64,000 nucleotides of DNA, taken from Podarcis vaucheri (Eukaryota). Numbering within the stretch: the first letter of the stretch is position 1; every line of letters begins with the position of its first letter. The notes under the pieces were generated by a model, which saw only the letters and a program-made list of their open reading frames with translations, did no database searches and was not told the DNA's origin. This document shows positions 9,753-19,052 of this stretch, in pieces. The position numbers were made by a program, and so were the translations under genes. The stretch is from assembly GCA_965113315.1 (NCBI GenBank), contig OZ220372.1; one strand, given 5' to 3'.

Positions 9753-12700
9753 CGATATTGCAACCCACGGATCCCCTCCCACCCAAACCAGTAGTGCAGC
9801 TCACAGCATCTCTCCAGCTACCCGACGGCGTCACTATCGAAGTGCCGCTTTCTGTGGATTCTGGAAGCAACGCAGACTTTATAGCGCAGAGCTTTGTGGA
9901 GCAGCACGCTATACAGCTATTGCCTGCCACTCTGCCCCTGCAAGTCGTCACAGTGGATGGCAGAGAGTTGCTAGGGGGGCAGGTGGTGAAGCAGACGCCA
10001 CCGATGGTGATGCGCCTTGGCAACCACAGGGAAGTCATCAGTTTTAATGTCACCCAACTGTCGGACACGCCCATTGTGTTGGGCATGAGTTGGCTGGACA
10101 GGCACAGTCCGACACTGGCTTGGTACCAGAGACAACTGATCTTCGGCTCCTCTTATTGCGCAGAACACTGCATCCTGCCCCGACGGGAGGGAGAGGAGGA
10201 GGAATCACAACTGCAGTTGGGAACGTTGCAAGCGGTCCCCCACAAATACGCGAGCTTTTTGGAGGTCTTCTGCGAGAAGGAGGCGGACAAGCTACCCCCT
10301 CACCGGCCATATGACTGCAAGATTGACCTCCTACCGGGGGCGACGCTGCCGAAGGGGCGGCTATACTCCATGTCTGAAGATGAAATGCAGGAACTCAAAC
10401 AGTTCATCGAGCATAATCTGGAGCGTGGCTTCATCAGAGAGTCCAAGGCAGTGGGGGGCAGTCCCGTTTTCTTCGTGAAAAAGAAAGACACGCCCCAAAA
10501 AAGACTCGTTGTGGACTACCGCCTTTTGAACCAGATGACCAAACCGTCTGATTACCCCATGCCCAGGATTGACGACCTCCTCGCGACGGTGCGCAAGGGA
10601 CGCGTGTTCACCAAGTTGGACCTGCGAGGGGCGTACAATCTCATCCGCATGCGGGAGGGCGATGAGTGGAAGACGGCCATGTTCACACCGCTGGGCACCT
10701 ACGAATACAGAGTTATGCCCTTTGGATTACAAAATGGCTCTCACTGTTTTCAAGCTTTTATGCATCACGTGTTGGAGGGACTCCTCTACAAGACATGCGT
10801 CTGCTTCCTGGATGACATCCTGATTTTCTCTGACTCGCAGCAAGCTCACGACCGAGACGTGAGGGAGGTGCTCAGCAGGTTGCAACAACATAGACTGTAC
10901 GCCAAGCTGGAGAAGTGCCAGTTCGACACGACGGAGGTGGATTTCCTGGGATACAAGTTGTCGGACAAGGGGATAGCCATGGACAGCACCAAGGTTCGTG
11001 CGGTATTGGATTGGAAGAGCCCGCGCAACCGGAAGGAGGTCCAGCGGTTTGTCGGCTTCGCCAACTTCTATCGCAAGTTTATCAAGGGGTTCGCGATGCA
11101 GACGGCAGCAATTACGGACACGCTCAGCTCCAAAAAAAAGAAATTCATCTGGACGGAGCAGGCGGAACAGTCCTTTCAAGCGCTCAAGCATCTCTTCGCA
11201 TCGGAGAAGCAACTGCTGCATATCGACCCCAGTAAACCGTTGAGGGTAGAGACAGACGCATCAGACAGAGCCGTGGGAGCTGTCCTGCTGCAGCGAGACC
11301 CGCAGGGGGTGTGGCGGCCGGGAGCGTTCTACTCCAGAAAGCTCAGCAAGTCGGAGCAGAACTACACCATCTGGGACAGGGAGTTGCTGGCCATTCATGC
11401 AGCTTTCAAGGCGTGGAGGCACTTCCTAATCGGCGCCAAGCACACGGTGCAGGTCTGCACGGACCACAAGAATCTGGAGCACTGGCGCACGGCTCAGTTC
11501 CTGAACCAGAGGCAGATACGTTGGGCGGAGTTCTTTGCTGACTTCAATTTCCGAATAGAGTACGTCCCAGGCGACACCAACATCATGGCGGATGCACTGT
11601 CCCGAAAACCGCAATACCTAGAAGAGGTGACGCCAGCGGCGGCCATGCACATCTTCGCACCGACGGCGTGGGCGTGTGCCTCAGCTACAGTAGACCTGGA
11701 TGCGGTGCGACGTGCATTGCGGGACGACTCATTCGCGCAAGACAAGATGGCGGAACTGCTCAGAGGCACGGCTACCAAGGACGAGTTCCAGGTGCGGGAC
11801 GGCTTGCTCCTACGCAAAGGGGCTGTCTATGTACCAGGAGACGACCTTCGCGCCAAGGTACTGCAACAGTTGCACGACGCACCCACGGCCGGTCACTTTG
11901 GCACAGAGAAAACGATGGAATTAGTCGCGAGAGACTTCTGGTGGCCCAGGCTGAGAGGAGAGGTCGCGGACTACGTCGCGAGGTGCGACACCTGCCAGAG
12001 GGCCAAGCCGGTACACAGACCACCGGCGGGACTGTTAGAACCGCTGCAAACACCGTTTGAACCGTGGGAGAGGGTGGCCCTGGACTTTGTGACGGATTTA
12101 CCCAGCTCGAGAGGCAAGACAGCTGTGCTAGTGGTGGTGGACTTGTTCACCAAGATGGCACATTTCATTCCGTGTGCGAAGGTGGCCACGGCGGAACAAA
12201 CCGCCAAACTGTTCATAGATCACGTGTTCAAAGTGCATGGCCTGCCACGGTCTATCCTGTCCGACCGCGGACGCCAGTTCATCTCGTCTTTCTGGCAGAA
12301 GCTGATGGGTTTTCTAAATGTCAAGGTCAATCTGGCATCAGCAAGACACCCGCAGACCAACGGGCAAGCAGAGAGGGTCAATGCCATCATGCAGCAGTAC
12401 CTGAGATGCTATGCCAATCAACAGCCTGCGACGTGGGTGGATTACCTGCCGCTAGCCGAGTTCGCTTACAACAACACGAAGCACGTGTCCACAGGAGTGA
12501 CGCCGTTCTTTGCCAACAATGGGAGGAATCCCAGAACCTTCCCGGGACTGGAGAGAGTGGGGGAAGGAGAACCACAGACGGCGGACGCGTTCGCGTCAGA
12601 GCTGCAGGCGGTCCACGATCAACTCAGACGGCAGCTGGAGCTAGCTAAGCACGCCTACAAGGTGCAAGCTGACAAGCACAGGCGGGTTGGCGAAGTGATC

Positions 12701-14236
12701 CAAGTGGGAGACTGGGTCTGGTTGGCAGCCCACGCAGTGCCGACCAGGTCACTTGCCAAGAAGAAGTTGGGGCACAAGCAGATCGGTCCGTACCAAGTCG
12801 AAGCGCAGATCAACCCGGTAGCCTTCCGACTGGCGCTGCCGGAGGGTTCCAGAATGCATCCGGTGTTCCACAGGTCGGTGCTCACTCCCTACAAGGCACC
12901 TCACAGGTTCCAGGAGCCAGGGACGGCGCCAAGTCCGCTCCGGGAACGGACGGAGACGCGGGAGGTGAAGCACCAGGACCACATCAACGAGGTCACGGAG
13001 ATTTTGGACTCCAGATGGGGGGAAGAGGGAGTCGAATACCTCTTAGCCAGAGAGGGCACCCGGGCCAGCGCCAATAGCTGGGTACCAGACTACGCTTTGG
13101 AGGAACCCCTGCTCAAGGACGAGTTTCATGCCCTCTTCCCACACAAACCCATGCCAGCGAGCTTCTTCGACGACTGGTTGTTCACACCCACACTTTCTTC
13201 CAGCACGTTCCATGGATTCGACTCAGAAGGGGAACCCGCACGGAGCACCCGTTCCCCAGAAGGTTCACCGGCAGGTTCGGCATCAGGCAACTCGTATTGG
13301 TGGGACGATCGACCAGAGGAGCAATGGCGCAGGAAGTGGCTGGAGATGCCAGGTCGAGCGACCGACGCAGAGACTGACATGGACGTGTTCGGGGAGGACC
13401 TCGGGTTCGAGCACGGCGGTACAGAGATGGAAGAGCAACAAGTCAACGTCGACGACCGCGAGGGGGAAGACTCGGAGGTCTTCAGTTGGCGGCCACCCAA
13501 GGGGAGCGACCTGTATCCAGCATTCCCTCCCATGATGATGGAGCACCCAGCACCCACACCTGACAGCGGGGAGGGGGGAAGGGGGGGCTTCGAGGGGGGG
13601 ATGGATGTCAGGGGTTCAGAAGCAGAGACGCAGAGAAGGGTGGAAACAGAGAGCGAGGGGGAGGAAGCCGAAGGGAGAATGAGTGATGATGACGACCCGA
13701 GATCTCCAAGCCTAAGCAGTGAGTCAGAGGACTCCCAAAAGGGAGCCCCAGTGAGCAGAGCAAGGGGGGGATCCGGGGGGACACCCCAGGAGGAAGGGAA
13801 CAGAGGAGATTCAGAGAGCAGCAGCTGGAAGTCGGGACCCACGCTCAAGACTGAGAGCAGCAGGGAGGAAGGCAGCCAGGCATCGGGTTCCGGAGGCCGT
13901 CAGCAGGAGGGAGGGCACGAGTCAGGGGTGGTCACGCCCTCCTCAGAGAGCGAGGCAACGGTCAAGAGGAAAGTAGAGAGTTGGGCGCGCGCGCCAAGTT
14001 CAAATGCAGCGGAAGCTGGAGCAGTAAGCAGCCCGGAGAGTGAGCCAGGTCCCAAAGCCCGCCGAAAGGAAGCGGAAGGATCAGGGGGGTCAGCGTCAGA
14101 GGAGAGTAGAAGGGAGGAGTCTCAGGGGGGCAGAAGGACCCAGAGACGTAGGGAGAGGCGAAGGAGGTGGAGCAAGGCTAGGGTATTAAGCTGGTGTGCA
14201 AGAGGCGGGGACTCAGATGGGTCTTCGCCGACCTAG
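9686..14236 (+). CDS. pol: Pol polyprotein (protease, RT, RNase H, integrase, chromodomain, long C-terminal extension into the 3' LTR), expressed as a Gag-Pol fusion of about 1857 aa
   Basis: VDSGS protease; KLDLRGAYN/MPFGL/FLDD RT; ETDASD...DRELLA...TDHKNL RNase H; HHCC and D,D,E integrase; GPY motif; chromodomain 12986-13150; stop TAG 14234-14236 lies inside the LTR. Confidence 0.96.
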   Translation, partial: RRCLAGDGGTGAQPDASVKQSPAILQPTDPLPPKPVVQLTASLQLPDGVTIEVPLSVDSGSNADFIAQSFVEQHAIQLLPATLPLQVVTVDGRELLGGQVVKQTPPMVMRLGNHREVISFNVTQLSDTPIVLGMSWLDRHSPTLAWYQRQLIFGSSYCAEHCILPRREGEEEESQLQLGTLQAVPHKYASFLEVFCEKEADKLPPHRPYDCKIDLLPGATLPKGRLYSMSEDEMQELKQFIEHNLERGFIRESKAVGGSPVFFVKKKDTPQKRLVVDYRLLNQMTKPSDYPMPRIDDLLATVRKGRVFTKLDLRGAYNLIRMREGDEWKTAMFTPLGTYEYRVMPFGLQNGSHCFQAFMHHVLEGLLYKTCVCFLDDILIFSDSQQAHDRDVREVLSRLQQHRLYAKLEKCQFDTTEVDFLGYKLSDKGIAMDSTKVRAVLDWKSPRNRKEVQRFVGFANFYRKFIKGFAMQTAAITDTLSSKKKKFIWTEQAEQSFQALKHLFASEKQLLHIDPSKPLRVETDASDRAVGAVLLQRDPQGVWRPGAFYSRKLSKSEQNYTIWDRELLAIHAAFKAWRHFLIGAKHTVQVCTDHKNLEHWRTAQFLNQRQIRWAEFFADFNFRIEYVPGDTNIMADALSRKPQYLEEVTPAAAMHIFAPTAWACASATVDLDAVRRALRDDSFAQDKMAELLRGTATKDEFQVRDGLLLRKGAVYVPGDDLRAKVLQQLHDAPTAGHFGTEKTMELVARDFWWPRLRGEVADYVARCDTCQRAKPVHRPPAGLLEPLQTPFEPWERVALDFVTDLPSSRGKTAVLVVVDLFTKMAHFIPCAKVATAEQTAKLFIDHVFKVHGLPRSILSDRGRQFISSFWQKLMGFLNVKVNLASARHPQTNGQAERVNAIMQQYLRCYANQQPATWVDYLPLAEFAYNNTKHVSTGVTPFFANNGRNPRTFPGLERVGEGEPQTADAFASELQAVHDQLRRQLELAKHAYKVQADKHRRVGEVIQVGDWVWLAAHAVPTRSLAKKKLGHKQIGPYQVEAQINPVAFRLALPEGSRMHPVFHRSVLTPYKAPHRFQEPGTAPSPLRERTETREVKHQDHINEVTEILDSRWGEEGVEYLLAREGTRASANSWVPDYALEEPLLKDEFHALFPHKPMPASFFDDWLFTPTLSSSTFHGFDSEGEPARSTRSPEGSPAGSASGNSYWWDDRPEEQWRRKWLEMPGRATDAETDMDVFGEDLGFEHGGTEMEEQQVNVDDREGEDSEVFSWRPPKGSDLYPAFPPMMMEHPAPTPDSGEGGRGGFEGGMDVRGSEAETQRRVETESEGEEAEGRMSDDDDPRSPSLSSESEDSQKGAPVSRARGGSGGTPQEEGNRGDSESSSWKSGPTLKTESSREEGSQASGSGGRQQEGGHESGVVTPSSESEATVKRKVESWARAPSSNAAEAGAVSSPESEPGPKARRKEAEGSGGSASEESRREESQGGRRTQRRRERRRRWSKARVLSWCARGGDSDGSSPT
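13568..13605 (+). other. Polypurine tract (plus-strand primer), G-quadruplex-prone
   Basis: GAGGGGGGGATGGA immediately precedes the 3' LTR TG at 13606; four G-runs within 13568-13600. Confidence 0.85.
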
Positions 14237-14362
14237 GGCAGAAGGTGTAGAGCTGCACGCTGCAGTTCGGAAATGAAACCTGTAACTCAATAAAGACTCT
14301 TTTAAAGTGGACGCTGTGTGGCGTGGTCCTATGTGAGCTGGGACCTGGTAGCAGCTCTGACA
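13606..14362 (+). repeat. 3' LTR (poly(A) signal AATAAA 14289-14294)
   Basis: 757-bp direct repeat of 7797-8553, followed by TSD AAAGC. Confidence 0.97.
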
Positions 14363-14957
14363 AAAGCATTTTTTAATCTGACCCAAGATTTCCGCAAAGG
14401 TCCCTTTGGAAACATTTAGCACTCTTGTCGGAAAGGAGACAGTCTAACCCAGTTCTTGTGGCTGATGTGTGCAAGTCATCAAAATCAATGGACGCAATTC
14501 CAGTGATTTCAATTTATCCACTCAAGAGTTTGACCAACCTTGGATATCACCAGTTTTTTAATGAATAATTTTTATTAATTCTAGTTTTTTGAGGCACAGC
14601 ACTGCTTATCATCCTCACAGACTTCCGAGTCCCAAAGATTTCTACACTTTGTCATTTAAAAGCCATATTTAGCTCAAGTTGCACGAAGATGGCCAAGTTT
14701 GAATCTTCTGTCTTTCTACCTCCATATCCAAACCCCATTTGTCAAAAACAAAAACCCAAGGACATTTATGATCAATAGTTGCTATCTTAATGCCAAACAC
14801 TACCACAAAACTCCTACTGCCCATCAGCATTCAGAGGGCAAGAGGCAGGTATCCGGCAAGGGTGGGGGGCAGTCTAGGTATCATGTTGTGCAAACTCTAC
14901 TCTACCAAGTGGGGATTTTTTTTGTCTCTTTTTTCATGTTTGCCACATCTTCTTACC

Positions 14958-15214
14958 CATGGGTAGGCAAACTAATGCCTGAGAGCCGGAGCTGGAGCTG
15001 GCCCAATCGCCTTCTAAATCTGGCCCACGGGTGGTTCGGAAACCAGCATGTTTTTACATGAGTAGAATGTGTCCTTTTATTTAAAATGAATCTCTGGGTT
15101 ATTTGTGAGGCATAGGAATTTGTTCATTTCCCTCCCTTCAAAATATAGTCTCCCCCCCCCCAAGGTCTTGAGGGACAGTGGACCGGCCCCCTGCTGAAAG
15201 TTTGCTGACCCCTG
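14958..15214. mobile_element. Non-autonomous hAT DNA transposon
   Basis: Imperfect TIRs CATGGGTAGGCAAAC/GTTTGCTGACCCCTG; perfect 8-bp TSD TTCTTACC (14950-14957, 15215-15222). Confidence 0.85.
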
Positions 15215-18200
15215 TTCTTACCCTACTGGAAACTGACTTCATTGCTAAGGAAGCAGTAAGTGACTTGTGGCATGACTAGCTCCAGTAGGCAATTTAATGT
15301 TCTTTCCATCTGCATACGATGTAATTTGACTTGCATGATTGGCATCTAACTTCAGTACTTATGCTCTAGGGAGAGCTTTTAGTACTCTTTTAAGCAACCC
15401 TTTCTGGTGCTTAAGAAGATTAACTTACTATTGATTAGTGGTGCTTCGGAGACAGTCGATAGATTCTTCACGGCATGTGAAGTTTTAATTCCCACAAAAG
15501 GTCCCATCCCCACTCCCCTTTTAAGGCAGTTCCAGTACATAGGAACAGACTAATTTTTTGCCTTTTGTTTCAAGATTTTCAACAAAAGGCTGCGGGAGAC
15601 CATTTGTGAAATAGGTGGTTTCCATAAACATTAGGAGTGTTAAGTGCTTCAGGAGGGATTACTCAGGATGTGACTTTGCCCACACACATTTTAAGAAGCG
15701 CAGTACGTGGCGCTTGCTTTTCTTTCTCAGGAGAAGCAACCCTGTTCAGCTTTATTGCGCTCCACAGATACTGGCTGTAGTTGCAGCAAGCCGGGCTGCT
15801 TCCAGGGAAAACTTGCTCCCTGGCGCTGCTGCTTCTCTTCTGGGTGCTGGAGTGGTGGGGGCTAGGGCTGGAGCTGGGTTTTCCCCTCTCACTCCTGCAG
15901 CCAGGGGGTCTGGCTTAAAAGACTGCATTAAAGTATAAACAACGCTTTTATATGCACTGGGAAAGAAAAGAAAGAAGTTTGACTCCCTTTATTGTGATAT
16001 TTGTTTTAATATGGTGGTCTGGAATAACTCTGAGGTATGCCTTATTTCTGATACACTCACAAGGTAAAAACTTGAGGAGAAATAAATATAAATAAAATAA
16101 ACTTTTGTGTTCATTCATGGCTAGAACTAGCTTGTAAATATAGGAAGCAAGGGTACAGCCTGACTTCTGAAAGTGGTTATTGACACCAACTCCTACAGAC
16201 AGACATCAGAGACAGCTGAAGGATCTGCACCACATCTTTATGTTCTGGTGACAGTTTGCAAACAATATACTGCAGTGACTATATCTTGTACTTAGTAGAA
16301 TATACACTTTATTTTTTTAAGGGGGAAAAATCCAACAATTCAATACAGTCAAAACTTTACATTTTTAAAACAAAAGCATTCTTTTTAAAAAGACACTTAG
16401 CAGAGAGACTTACATACCCAGACAATCCACCAACAGAGAGCTCATATCCTTAATTCTATCATTTAGAAAGTGTCATAAAAATGAATACCAGGTAGGCTTT
16501 GAATATGAAAATGTTTTTTTTTCTTACCAGGATTATCATTTTTAAGTCCTTTCGACAGTCATCCATTATTCATTTGTGTGTACAGGGGGGGGGGGAATGG
16601 GTAGGGATAGACATTTTTACCCTGATGTTTTTATAAATGGTAACGATCCTACAATGTAGTGCCTTAAAATCTATGACTGAAAAGCATTTTATATACTAAT
16701 CTACACACTTTCACTCAGTACATACTGGAACACATCAAAGAGAAATGCAAATGTTATACAGCAAAAACAAAGAGTAGTTTTGACCAAAAAAGGTCACATT
16801 TTATATTGCAGTCACATTTCCCCTGTTTAATGACAAATGGAGCTAAACACTCACCTGCTGCTCCAAAGGAACAGAATGGAGTAAAGACAATGAAACTCCT
16901 GAGTAGTTAATCTCTCTAACTATGGAAAAATAACATAGCTATGCTGCAGGATTATCTGAGAACATATTTTTAAAGGGACACTGTATCCAGCTATGTTATA
17001 AGCAGATCAAGCTTTCCATGCCAATGATAATGGAGTTTTAACAGCAGAAATAATGTCATTAAGCTGGAGAAATGCTAAGGGAAGTATGTTGCATGCAGCA
17101 GATGCCAATGTAGAATACTGACAAAAAAAAATATTTCCAAATTCATCTACCTTTTTTTTATGGCTAAGCTACCATAAACCTAATGTATAGTGTGCTGAAT
17201 GACAATTCACACCAGGCTGGTGCAAAGAGCACGTATGAACACAACATTCAGAGTAGTTTGCATTTCTGAAATCATCATGTGCTTTTTGTCAACAGGAATT
17301 AATGCATGAGGATACTGCTAACTGGCAAAATAGGCTTGCCTCCAAACAAAACCAGTTGAGTGTGATTATGAATAAACTCAGTGACCACAGAAATAGCTCC
17401 CATGCCAATTCTCAGTGTCTCTACTTTTTGTGGTTTATTAAACATTTTGTAAATAGAAAGCATCACAAACCAAAGCTCTACAATAATTTAATTTCGCTTG
17501 ATTTCTGCAGTTTTCTAAGAAACAAAATCCTCAAACCATGCTACATTAAAATATCTTAATGAGTTTGCAGAGATTACAATGAAAGCACTTATTACTCCAT
17601 GAGGACTGAGATTAATATTAAAGTGTATTTACATATTTTGTCGTACAAAATACAGTATTCCAATAATCATGTTATTACTGTGTTTCAGACACAAATGGAA
17701 AAACACTACACTTCTGCTATTCTGGACCCAACTAAACACCTTGCCAGTTGATGCTTCAAAGCACAAGTTAATTGTTATCCTAGTTCAGCAAAACAATACA
17801 AAGAACACCTCAGCCTCAGTTTTGTATTAGGAGGCTACCTTGCTGATTAATTCAGATAAAGTTCACAAGAAAGCACTACTAGGAACCACAAGTAAGAACC
17901 ATGTGCATTAATGGAGCAGTGGGGGAGGTTATGTGTGTGGGGAAAGATGTATTATTAAGAGTCTGAAAAATGGAATTATTACATTCCCTCCTCAGCCTCA
18001 CCTTCTTTTCATTATAATTAGATAGTACAAGTTCACCAGAAAGATAATCAAGTTGACAAGCTTTCACATCAAAAGCAATTCTCATTATAAATTAACTCAA
18101 ATGAAGAGAATTAGTATCTAAAGTTCACAATGAGAATGACTTTGAACTCAGCAATGCCTTGTCTCTTACAATGTTGCATCTTCCTTGCTGGGCATCATTC

Positions 18201-18617
18201 AGCCAGGAGAGCATAAACTTGCGTTGTTTTCATAAGAAAGATGTTTAGCAAGGCATTGCCATTGTGAGGGAATGTAGTTGCCATTAAGTATTTTTATAGG
18301 TTCTGTGACAAATTTGGGAAAAACAGATGTAATATATAGAGTATGTTTTGGAGCCACAGGGGGAGAGAGGGTGTTTTATTCAGACTACACCCAGTGAAAT
18401 TACTGGACCTAATTTAAGTCAGGTTCGTTAGTTTCAATGGGTCTATTTTGAGTAAAACATAGTTGCGTAGCTTAGTTGAGTAAAACATCCAGTGAATTCT
18501 TCCCTGCTTCTCAGCTTAATGAGATCTGCATACCAGTGAATTCAATGCTGGCTCAGAAATCAGCCTTGCCTTATTCTGTTAATGAAAAAAGGACAAAGGT
18601 GTTTTTTAAAGCGGAAA

Positions 18618-18621
<4 letters not shown>

Positions 18622-18654
<33 letters not shown>
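18622..18654. repeat. (TG)n microsatellite
   Basis: Direct reading. Confidence 0.95.
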
Positions 18655-18656
<2 letters not shown>

Positions 18657-18688
18657 TGTTGTAGTTGCCATCCTATCAATGCCACATG

Positions 18689-19052
18689 CAGCGGCGGAGC
18701 GTATGCCTGCACTGCCCAGGGTGGGCGTGCTTCCAAGGGGGGCAGAACGCGCTCCTGAGCAGGGTGGGGGACAGAGGGTGCCCTCCCAGGTGCAGGATAG
18801 CCACTCGGGTGCACAGAGCGGTGCACGCGCCCTGCAGCTGGGGGTGGAGGGAGCCACTGAGGGCGGACATTCGCCCCCACCCCCAGTTGTCAAAACGAAG
18901 GGGGGAGGGGGGAATGCTACCAGCAAAGTGGCGCAGCTCCCCCCTTCCCCCGACGGCTTGGGGTAGGCTTGGGCAGCACACCGAACGCCCCCCCCCGAGC
19001 GAAGACACCTGGGGCAGCCTGCCCCCATCGCACCTCCCTTCCTCCGCCCCTG
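18689..19052. mobile_element. GC-rich non-autonomous hAT-like element
   Basis: Termini CAGCGGCGGAG/CTCCGCCCCTG; perfect 8-bp TSD GCCACATG (18681-18688, 19053-19060); GC/CpG-rich island in an AT-rich background. Confidence 0.8.

Larger units (their letters stand above)
7797..14362 (+). mobile_element. Full-length, intact Ty3/Gypsy LTR retrotransposon, chromovirus Tf1/sushi group
   Basis: Two 757-bp direct repeats with TGTCA...TGACA ends, 5-bp TSD AAAGC (7792-7796, 14363-14367), gag, and pol in PR-RT-RH-IN-chromodomain order, with no stops interrupting either ORF. Confidence 0.98.

Noticed and set aside
13126-13848. 240-aa antisense ORF overlapping the pol tail and LTR
   Set aside because: GTG start, Ser/Pro/Leu low complexity, mirrors the purine-rich sense frame; most likely a shadow ORF. 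Some Gypsy elements do have antisense ORFs, so stranded RNA-seq could revive it.
13151-14236. env gene in the 3' region of the element
   Set aside because: No signal peptide, no hydrophobic transmembrane segment and no furin-site/fusion-peptide arrangement; the sequence is hydrophilic and disordered.
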